This document shows positions 56,942-64,000 of a DNA stretch of 64,000 bases, piece by piece. The notes under the pieces were generated by a model. It saw nothing but the letters and a program-made list of their open reading frames with translations. It was not told where the DNA came from and did not search any database. Within the stretch, counting starts at the first letter, position 1. Each line of letters starts with the position of its first letter. Source of the stretch: Acidimicrobiales bacterium (GTDB taxonomy: Bacteria > Actinomycetota > Acidimicrobiia > Acidimicrobiales > Aldehydirespiratoraceae); NCBI GenBank assembly GCA_965200005.1, contig OZ241331.1:543770-607769 (forward strand), read 5' to 3'. The position numbers were made by a program, and so were the translations under genes.

Positions 56942-58101
56942 TCGATCGCTCCCTGACGCCGCGCCCCGTCACCTTCGGGTACTTATTCGCGCTGTACTTC
57001 ATTCTTGGTGGCGCCGAGACAATGATCTCGCCGCTGTTCCCGCTGGTTCGCCAGGATCTCGACCTCGTCGAGTCGCATCAAGCGGCGATCCTCGCGGCCG
57101 TCGCTGGTGGGATCGCATCGTTCAACGTGATCGGCGGCGCCTCGAGCCGCTGGCTGACCAACCGTGCTCTGGTGCGTGCCACCGCAGTCAGCCTCGCTGT
57201 CGGAATGGCGCTCTCGGCTCTAGCACAAGAGTTCTGGGTGTTGCTGGTCGGCCAAGCAATGCTCGGTGTTGCGTTCGGGATCTTCTTTCCACCGGCACTA
57301 GCAAGCGTGGCCCGGCTCTATCCCGATGCGCCGGGTAAGGCCATCGCCATCTGGGGTCAGGCCTACTCGTTCGGGCTCGCCTCGGCTGCTCTTAGCGGGT
57401 TTGCGGGAAGTGCATGGCGCTGCGTGTTTGCGGCATGCACTGTGCCCTCGGTGCTGGCGATTGCCTATGTGCCACGCTGGATTGAACCAGCCGCAGATCC
57501 ATCACCTGCGGGTTTGGTTGCCCAGCTTTGGGAGTACGCCCGGCGCCAGACCTACCGTCTCGCTGGCTATGCGAGCTTCGGAGGAGTGTCGATGCACTTT
57601 GTGGTGATCGGCTTCTCACCAGTGTTCTTTGTTGATCGCGGCATTGAATTGCGTCTGGTTGCAGCTCTGCTAGCTGCGGGCCGGGCACTGTCAGCGGCTG
57701 TGAAACTCGTCGGTGGTGCTCTGTATGACCGCAAGGGTGGGCCCTGGACTGCCCGCCTGATGCTGCTGATCACATCGGTTCTGGGGGTGCCCCTGCTGCT
57801 GCTGCCGGCGTCGGTGGGGGTGTGGATGCTCGTGCCGTTCGTGGGTATGGCGGTGTCGGTACTGCCAGTTGCGAACGCGATGCTGGTGGCCGCGCTGCCA
57901 GCCCAATCGGGTTGGGGAATTGGCACGTTCCGGGCTGCGCTGCTCGGTTCAGCGGCGCTACTTTCGGCGATCGTGAGCATGCTCTTGCGCTGGGGAGTGC
58001 CGTTGTCGCTGTTGATGGTGCTGGCTCTGGGGCTGCCGGCACTTGCAGCGGCCGCCACCCATCGCAGCATCTCAACCGGCAGCACTTCAACCGGTCGCTA
58101 A
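56938..58101 (+). CDS. MFS transporter
   Basis: 387 aa with about 12 hydrophobic segments. Confidence 0.75.
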   Translation: MIDRSLTPRPVTFGYLFALYFILGGAETMISPLFPLVRQDLDLVESHQAAILAAVAGGIASFNVIGGASSRWLTNRALVRATAVSLAVGMALSALAQEFWVLLVGQAMLGVAFGIFFPPALASVARLYPDAPGKAIAIWGQAYSFGLASAALSGFAGSAWRCVFAACTVPSVLAIAYVPRWIEPAADPSPAGLVAQLWEYARRQTYRLAGYASFGGVSMHFVVIGFSPVFFVDRGIELRLVAALLAAGRALSAAVKLVGGALYDRKGGPWTARLMLLITSVLGVPLLLLPASVGVWMLVPFVGMAVSVLPVANAMLVAALPAQSGWGIGTFRAALLGSAALLSAIVSMLLRWGVPLSLLMVLALGLPALAAAATHRSISTGSTSTGR

Positions 58102-58251
58102 GCCACAGCGGCCCTGCAAGCCGCCTGTGATCAGTGTCAAGATACAGAAAGATCAACCGAGAGCATTATCTGTGCTGTTACAGCATGGAAGCTCATAGAG
58201 CTTGCGCCTGATGAATCTGCTTGACATTAAAAGGCTGAGCTCACAGATCCG

Positions 58252-59280
58252 TTGGAACTGAGTTTCAAGTCGTTCATCCTCCGCGAGAGGGCGCGGCTTG
58301 CGCCTTCTGAGCGTCCACCAACGATCGCCGATGCCAAAGTCGCTGCAGAGGCCCTCCTAGACGCTGGCGTGAATCAGGTGTGGCTCTATGGATCGGTGGC
58401 TCGCGGTGAAGCTCACCACAACAGCGACATTGACCTCGTGGCGGTGGTTGATGACCTCAACTACCGGCGGCGACCGCATCGCTGCATGAAGTTGGTTCGG
58501 GTTGCCGAGGACGCCTGCCACTACCGCGTCGAGATAAACCTCACAGACCATCCCGAGTGGAGAATTCAGCGTCACCGGGTCAGTTGTTCGTTCATGACTG
58601 CTATATCATGTGATCTTAAGTTATTGGCTTATTCTACAGCCCGATGTGTGTCAGTGAACTGGAACAAGCAGCAAGTGGCCCCGACATCCAACGCCGAACT
58701 CGCGATCGATCGACTCGGGAACGTGTGGACATCTCTCGCCAAGATCGACGCAAGCCTCTACCCCTCACCTTCGGCGGTGAGGTACCAAGAACTCGAAGAC
58801 CCCAGCGACTACATCGTGACTCGGGGTGGTCGCCTGATAGTGATTTGCGAAGCGGCCAACATGGCCATCGAGAACACTCTCAAGGCACTGAACATTGACC
58901 ATGGAGTAGATGCCAAGGAGCTCTGGACCCATGCGGTCAGCAAACTCGTCGACAATCTCACTACCGAACACATCGTGCGGGAGGTCCGGCGGATTCTGGG
59001 GTCGGAGCCAGAGTTTGTGAAGTCTGACAAATACATTGAGATGTGGCGCACGATCGGTGTCTACGGCACACGAGGAGAGGGATTGACGGTCTATGATGTC
59101 GCCACACCGGGCTTCGCTAGAGCCATCTCCAAGATCGCGTGCCGGTTGGCGACTTGCGCGCTTGAAGAGTTACCTGTGTGGATCAGCAACTCCCGTGAGG
59201 GCATCAAGCTCGGTGATCGGGCCAGCGAGATGCTCGACTACCTCAGAGTCCACAATCTGGAGACTGGCAAACCCTTCTAG
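58252..59280 (+). CDS. Minimal nucleotidyltransferase (MNT) domain fused to a HEPN-like helical domain
   Basis: LYGSVARGEAHHNSDIDLVAVVDD is the pol-beta NTase signature. C-terminal AIENTLKALNIDHGVDAKELWTHAVSKLV resembles the HEPN (PF05168-type) helix pair. Locally lower GC; the TTG start is uncertain. Confidence 0.55.
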   Translation: MELSFKSFILRERARLAPSERPPTIADAKVAAEALLDAGVNQVWLYGSVARGEAHHNSDIDLVAVVDDLNYRRRPHRCMKLVRVAEDACHYRVEINLTDHPEWRIQRHRVSCSFMTAISCDLKLLAYSTARCVSVNWNKQQVAPTSNAELAIDRLGNVWTSLAKIDASLYPSPSAVRYQELEDPSDYIVTRGGRLIVICEAANMAIENTLKALNIDHGVDAKELWTHAVSKLVDNLTTEHIVREVRRILGSEPEFVKSDKYIEMWRTIGVYGTRGEGLTVYDVATPGFARAISKIACRLATCALEELPVWISNSREGIKLGDRASEMLDYLRVHNLETGKPF

Positions 59281-59356
59281 CTGCGTGTGCTGAAGCGGAC
59301 GTTTGCTGTTCGCTCCAGTCGCACTGTGGCGGTAGCGGACAGGCGGCAAGCAACCG

Positions 59357-59830
59357 CTAGGTGGGCAGCGGGCATGCAGCAAGCTTGTAGGTGTTGAGAC
59401 GCTTGCGCAGCGTGTACAGCAGCAGGGCGACGGCTAGCAGCCCGATGAGTGGTTGCACCGGAGCCCACCAAGACAGCGCCCCGGACACACCAAGCAACGC
59501 CACAACTGCCTGGTTGCAGACCGGGCAGCCAACAGCGAGGAACGAAACAAATCCTCCCCAGATCGTGCTGGTCTCCTGGCGTTCGGCTGCCACAGACGTC
59601 TCAGGTGCGTTGTTTGCCTGCGGTCGGATTGCCAAGATCAACCCGATCAACCCCGAGGTAACCGTCAAGATCAAATAGTCGACCCAGGTGGCCTCCACCG
59701 GACGCCCAAAGATCGGAGTGTCAATCAAGTCGGAAGGCACGGAAATCAGCACAGCCGCTACACAGCCGAATCCAACCGCACGCGCCCAGGTGTTGCGCGG
59801 CAGCGTTAGCAGTTCTTGCAGCATCCTCAA
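59357..59830 (-). CDS. Integral membrane protein with an intramembrane CPVC motif
   Basis: Four hydrophobic segments; FLAVGCPVCNQAVVALLG. Confidence 0.5.
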   Translation of the reverse strand: MRMLQELLTLPRNTWARAVGFGCVAAVLISVPSDLIDTPIFGRPVEATWVDYLILTVTSGLIGLILAIRPQANNAPETSVAAERQETSTIWGGFVSFLAVGCPVCNQAVVALLGVSGALSWWAPVQPLIGLLAVALLLYTLRKRLNTYKLAACPLPT

Positions 59831-59854
59831 GCCAGCAGTTGCGGGCTACTTGCG

Positions 59855-60271
59855 CTACTTGCGCCGGTCGATTACGCGGAACGAGTAGTCGCGCTGTTCG
59901 TCTCCCAGGGTGGCCCGCACCCGGTACCCGCCGGCCTTAGGGAAATGAACCAAGCCCGTCACCACTAACGGCGAGCGACTGTCGCTGCCAGGAACCTTGC
60001 CGGGCGGGCGGCCGACCTCCAGGTTGGCGGTGGCTTGCATCAGCTTGTGAAGGCCGTCCTCATCCTCAACACGGATAACAACCCGGTGGCGTTTGTTGGT
60101 CTCAACCCAAGGAACCAACACAGACAGGGCGATCGAGAAGTGCTGTGGCCGGGGCTTTTTGCCCTCCTGGTAGGCGCGTGTAACCGTGTCCCAGCCGGCA
60201 CCGCTGAGATACAGCAGTCCATTCTGGACTTCCGCGTGATTGGCAAGGGTTAGCAGCTCAATCTCAGCCAC
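59855..60271 (-). CDS. Hypothetical protein (no family recognised)
   Basis: 138-aa ORF with protein-like composition and compact spacing to the neighbouring genes. Confidence 0.45.
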   Translation of the reverse strand: MAEIELLTLANHAEVQNGLLYLSGAGWDTVTRAYQEGKKPRPQHFSIALSVLVPWVETNKRHRVVIRVEDEDGLHKLMQATANLEVGRPPGKVPGSDSRSPLVVTGLVHFPKAGGYRVRATLGDEQRDYSFRVIDRRK

Positions 60272-60295
60272 AAGACAGCATTCTAAGACAAGCCC

Positions 60296-61924
60296 TTAGG
60301 CGCTGAGACCGAGACGCTTGGCTAGCCCGATGCGCTGGAGCTTGCCAGTGGCTCCTTTGGGAAGTTCATCGAGCACCAAAACACGGCGTGGAACCTTGAA
60401 CGCTGCAAGCGACTGTGAAACGAAACGACGGAGATCTCGCTGGTCAATTGTGGCGCCGCCAGCGGCAACGACTGCAGCTGCGACATCCTCGCCAAGCTTG
60501 GGATGCGGCAATGCAAACGTCACAGCCTGAGCAACGTCGGGGTGACGCAGCAACGCCTCGTCAACCTCGAGCGGGGAGATCTTCTCGCCACCACGGTTGA
60601 TCTGTTCCTTGAGCCTGCCCGTAAGGAACAGATAGCCCTCTGCATCCAGATAGCCCTCGTCTCCGGTACGGAACCAGCCAGCGGCTGTGAAGGCTTCCTT
60701 GTTGGCCTGAGGGTTGCTCTCATAGCCGTCGATCACGGTTGGGCCCTTGATCGAGACCTCACCACGTTCACCTGCGTCGAGTTGTGCGCCGTCGGGATCG
60801 AGCACAGCCACCTCGATACCTGCTGCTACGCCCACCGAGCGGACTTTGGCGACCCGGGGTGGCAGCGGGTTGGAGCACATCTGATGTGTGGCTTCGGTCA
60901 TGCCGTAGGCCTCGATCACCGGGGCTTCAAACAGTTGGGTAAGTGACTGAAACACCGGAGCGGGAAGCGATGCGGACGATGACCGGACGAAGCGCAACCT
61001 TGCCTGCCGTGCCACGTCACGGTTCCGAGCCGAGCGGGCAATGACCATTTGATGCATCGTCGGGACTGCCGTGTAGTAGCTGGGTCGGAACTCTTGTAAC
61101 TGCTTGAAGAAGGCAAATGCATCAAAGCCGTTGGTGCATACCACTGATCCGCCGACGGACAGCGGAGCAAGCAACCCTGCCAGCAAACCATGAATATGAA
61201 ATAGGGGCATCACGTTGAGTGACCGGTCGGCTGCGGTGAGAGCGAGCGAGTGGGCGATGGCTCGGGCTGACAGTGCCAGGTTGCGTTGGCGCAGTGGAAC
61301 GATCTTGGGTCGAGATGTTGTGCCCGAGGTGTGCAACACCAGAGCGAAGTCATCGGCCCTCGGTGTGAAGTCGTTATCGGCTGCTGGCTGGGCGGCATTG
61401 ATTGGTTGGGCCTGCAACTCGACGCTGCCAGGGCCTTCACTCACCGAGCCAGCCAAGGTGACGGTAGGGATTCCCAACGCTGCCGCAGCTTCGCGTGCCG
61501 CTGTTCCAGTCCTGTCAGCACGAGCGATCATGGCTTGCGCGCCGAGGTCGTCCATATAGAACTGCAGTTCGGCGGCCCGATATTTGGGGTTCAGCGGTGC
61601 AGCGCATCCTGCGACGCTTGCCGCCAGAAACACCAGCGCCATCTCCGGCCCGTTGCCCGTCACGATGGCAATCCGGTCACGGTGGCCCAGCCCCATCTGG
61701 CGCAAGTCGGTAGCCAGCCGATCCACTTCACTTCGAAGCTGTGCGAAGGTCAGGGCAGTGCCATCAGGGGTCACCACAGCAGCATCTGTGTTCGCCCCAG
61801 CATCAAGCAAGCTACGGGCGGTGTCGGCTTGAGCTGAGGCGTCTAGGCGGGTACCACGGTCTTGGGTGCCCTTGGTGGTTTCGGTGGTTTCGACTGACAA
61901 ATTTCCTCCCGTGCGGTCGCTCAT
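60296..61924 (-). CDS. AMP-dependent acyl-CoA synthetase/ligase
   Basis: LHTSGTTSRPK, YGMTE, TGDEGY and GEKISP motifs. ATGA overlap with the upstream gene. Confidence 0.85.
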   Translation of the reverse strand: MSDRTGGNLSVETTETTKGTQDRGTRLDASAQADTARSLLDAGANTDAAVVTPDGTALTFAQLRSEVDRLATDLRQMGLGHRDRIAIVTGNGPEMALVFLAASVAGCAAPLNPKYRAAELQFYMDDLGAQAMIARADRTGTAAREAAAALGIPTVTLAGSVSEGPGSVELQAQPINAAQPAADNDFTPRADDFALVLHTSGTTSRPKIVPLRQRNLALSARAIAHSLALTAADRSLNVMPLFHIHGLLAGLLAPLSVGGSVVCTNGFDAFAFFKQLQEFRPSYYTAVPTMHQMVIARSARNRDVARQARLRFVRSSSASLPAPVFQSLTQLFEAPVIEAYGMTEATHQMCSNPLPPRVAKVRSVGVAAGIEVAVLDPDGAQLDAGERGEVSIKGPTVIDGYESNPQANKEAFTAAGWFRTGDEGYLDAEGYLFLTGRLKEQINRGGEKISPLEVDEALLRHPDVAQAVTFALPHPKLGEDVAAAVVAAGGATIDQRDLRRFVSQSLAAFKVPRRVLVLDELPKGATGKLQRIGLAKRLGLSA

Positions 61925-62904
61925 GCGGTTGCCGCGATACGGCGATTGAGCATGGAGGCCAGCGCATAAACCGCGGAGATAGTGGGAGTCGGCACGCCCA
62001 CCAGTTCCCCGAGTTCGACGAACACACCCACGAGCGGGTCGAGTTCCAGTTCCCGGCCCGCTTCAACATCTTGGAGCATTGACGTCTTGTGCTCACCGAC
62101 TCTCTCGGCTCCCGCTATACGACGTTCAACGCTGATGCGGATGTTCACACCAAGGTGTGCTGCGATCTCGCGGGCCTCGGTCATCATGTCGGCCGCTAGT
62201 TGGCGGGTTACCGGTAGCCGGCACATCTGCGCCAGAGTCGCACCCGTGAGAGCACTCATCGGGTTGAAGGCCAGGTTGCCCCACGCCTTGACCCACAACT
62301 GCGAGCGGATGTCTCGCAGCACCCGCGACTTGAACCCACCCGAGCTAAGCGCAGCGGACAGTTCACGCACCCGGGCCGTGCGGGCACCGTCGAGTTCGCC
62401 TACAGGGAACTTGTCACCCTCGTGGTGGGTGATGACCCCAGGCGCTGTCTTCTCAGAGGCCGGGTAGGCGATACATGCAATGATCTGATCCGCGGGAATA
62501 GCGGCGGCGATTGCACCATCGGGGTCAAGCGCCTTGAGACGGTGCCCATCATGGCGGCCTCCGTGATGCTGGAAGTACCACCAGCCAATGCCGTTTTGCA
62601 CCGGCACGATGACGGTTTGCTCGTCACAAAGCCGCATGACTTCGCTCGCCACGGCTGCGATCTGATGAGCCTTGAGCGCCAGAATCACCGTCTCGTGTGT
62701 GCCCAGGGATCCAAAGTCATCGGATGCTTCGAGGTTGGAAGCGACAGTACGAGATCTGTCGATCTCGATGAGTTGCAGCCCTTTGCGAAGGATCGCTTCG
62801 AGGTGGGCCCCACGAGCAATGACACTCACTTCGTGACCTGCCACAGCGAGGCGCGCAGCCATCATCCCGCCAATCGCGCCAGCGCCCACCACGCAGATTC
62901 TCAT
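61921..62904 (-). CDS. 2-dehydropantoate 2-reductase family (PanE/ApbA)
   Basis: MRICVVGAGAIGG start (internal ATG 62904 preferred over 62964) and a C-terminal KTSMLQD motif. Confidence 0.8.
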   Translation of the reverse strand: MRICVVGAGAIGGMMAARLAVAGHEVSVIARGAHLEAILRKGLQLIEIDRSRTVASNLEASDDFGSLGTHETVILALKAHQIAAVASEVMRLCDEQTVIVPVQNGIGWWYFQHHGGRHDGHRLKALDPDGAIAAAIPADQIIACIAYPASEKTAPGVITHHEGDKFPVGELDGARTARVRELSAALSSGGFKSRVLRDIRSQLWVKAWGNLAFNPMSALTGATLAQMCRLPVTRQLAADMMTEAREIAAHLGVNIRISVERRIAGAERVGEHKTSMLQDVEAGRELELDPLVGVFVELGELVGVPTPTISAVYALASMLNRRIAATA

Positions 62905-62981
62905 GGCCGCAAGTGTGGCAGCCAGACATGCCGAATCCGTATTTCGGGCACGGCAACCGTGCATGTGCCGTGACGCGACAA

Positions 62982-63014
62982 GGCGCCGGGCCCCTGGGGG
63001 TAGGGCCCGGCGCC
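62982..63014 (-). terminator. Perfect 12-bp GC-rich hairpin downstream of the His-rich secreted protein gene
   Basis: GGCGCCGGGCCC (62982-62993), loop CTGGGGGTA, GGGCCCGGCGCC (63003-63014). Lies 18 nt after the stop at 63033. No clear U-tract. Confidence 0.55.
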
Positions 63015-63032
63015 CTGGTGGGGGCGAACTAG

Positions 63033-63668
63033 CTAGGCGGCGTCAGCCCTCTTGAACTTGAGGTGGCGGCCATCCTCGAGGTGACGGCGGCCATCCTTGT
63101 GGTGACGCCAGTTGCCTCTCCCGACACACTCATAGTCCGAGGTGTTGTCAGGATCTGCAGTGTCGTTAGCGACGTGCTCCGGGATGGTTTTGTCGACTAA
63201 CGCCTGAGCACGTTCCGCGACCTTGGCTCGGATGTCATCCGCTGTCTCAGTGTCGATCCGACCGTTCTCGACGAAGGCGTCAAGGCGAGCTTCAAAAGCT
63301 TCGGTGATCGACTGCACGAGTGTCTCCGCGTTAACACCATTGCTTTCGGCAACTTCAGCGAGACTCTGACCGGATTCAAGGGCCTCACGCAGCGTCTCGA
63401 CATCGACGCCGATGAGTTCAGCTATCTGGTCGGCTCCCTTGAAGTGACCGTGAGCATGATGATGACCCCGCAGTTTCTTGCCGTGGTACACACAGTTGCC
63501 TTCGCTGGTGGTCTCGCTCTCCGTGCTTGGCGTCGCTGCAGAGTCTGATTGAGCATTGGCGTTAGTTGCCAGCACTGCGAGCATCAAGACTCCGGTCGTC
63601 GCTACTGCGGCAGCGACCAGCCACAGTGAACTGCGTCTCAGCGTGATCGCTCTGGCTGATGTTTGCAT
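63033..63668 (-). CDS. Secreted His-rich protein, function unknown
   Basis: Signal peptide LMLAVLATNANAQ. His-rich patches GHHHAHGH and RHHKDGRRHLEDGRH. Confidence 0.55.
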   Translation of the reverse strand: MQTSARAITLRRSSLWLVAAAVATTGVLMLAVLATNANAQSDSAATPSTESETTSEGNCVYHGKKLRGHHHAHGHFKGADQIAELIGVDVETLREALESGQSLAEVAESNGVNAETLVQSITEAFEARLDAFVENGRIDTETADDIRAKVAERAQALVDKTIPEHVANDTADPDNTSDYECVGRGNWRHHKDGRRHLEDGRHLKFKRADAA

Positions 63669-63787
63669 TGAGTGTCTCCTTTGGGTGTTGTCCGGGGGGA
63701 GGTTCCTCTGTTGGCACCAAAAGCGTTACACCCACAAGTAAGAGCACCCGCAAGACCGAGTAAGACTCCCTAAAGCAACATGATCGG

Positions 63788-64000
63788 TTAGGTAATGGGC
63801 CAGCGCGGTTTAGCGAATTTGGTTAGGCTTGTGCGTTTGGCGGCGTCTTTGGCAGATTGACGGCCTTGGGCGAGGATTGCTCGGGCGTCTAGGTTTACGA
63901 ACTCTCCACTCTCGACAATCACTTTGCCGTCGATTATGACCGTGTCTACTGAGTCTCCGCTCGCTCCATGGCACAGATTGGATAGCGGGTTGTGCAGCGG
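63788..64000 (-). CDS. Amidohydrolase-family C-terminal fragment (N-terminus outside the window)
   Basis: Own translation: ...HGASGDSVDTVIIDGKVIVESGEFVNLD... is typical of the C-terminal beta-sandwich of chlorohydrolase/deaminase-type amidohydrolases. Stop at 63790-63788. Confidence 0.55.
   Translation of the reverse strand, partial: PLHNPLSNLCHGASGDSVDTVIIDGKVIVESGEFVNLDARAILAQGRQSAKDAAKRTSLTKFAKPRWPIT

Overview
High-GC segment that looks actinobacterial (inferred from F420/LLM-type oxidoreductases, a Cdc48-like AAA ATPase and frequent GTG/TTG starts). I call about 65 genes. All functional calls come from reading motifs in the supplied and my own translations; no database search was run. 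Most of the window is catabolic and transport operons. These include a Rieske oxygenase with an ABC ATPase at the left edge, a CoxM/S/L-type molybdenum hydroxylase, a cyclic amidohydrolase and LLM oxidoreductases. There is also a long plus-strand catabolic cluster (20.5-36.7 kb), an indolepyruvate:ferredoxin oxidoreductase-family gene, a Dpp/Opp-type ABC importer and MFS transporters. Accessory islets are interspersed. Islet (i), 1.8-8.6 kb, holds a HigB-like toxin and an HTH-ImmA/IrrE fusion. Divergent from these is a nucleotidyltransferase fused to an E2/UBC-like domain with a coupled small transmembrane (TM) ORF, followed by a GNAT-DUF3320-like fusion and a DUF4143 ATPase. Islet (ii), 12.4-15.3 kb, holds AbiEi/AbiEii plus an HsdR_N-type nuclease-fold protein. 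Further modules are VapBC, a DUF433/PIN-like pair and an MNT-HEPN-like fusion. I recognised no rRNA, tRNA, CRISPR array, transposase or integrase. Two clear tandem-repeat arrays exist: 23 bp x ~4.4 at 8458-8560, and 20 bp x ~5 at 21347-21454, each copy of the latter carrying an ATG mini-ORF. The best candidate for an undescribed system is the 1.8-5.4 kb locus. It resembles CBASS, but the NTase and the E2-like domain are one polypeptide, no E1 or JAB gene is nearby, and the divergent regulator is a fused HTH-ImmA/IrrE. Other oddities are a Rieske oxygenase ORF that runs without a stop codon into the ABC ATPase, an FtsH-like protease with a large AAA insertion, a Cdc48-like ATPase with a degenerate second Walker B, and a fused ETF beta-alpha.
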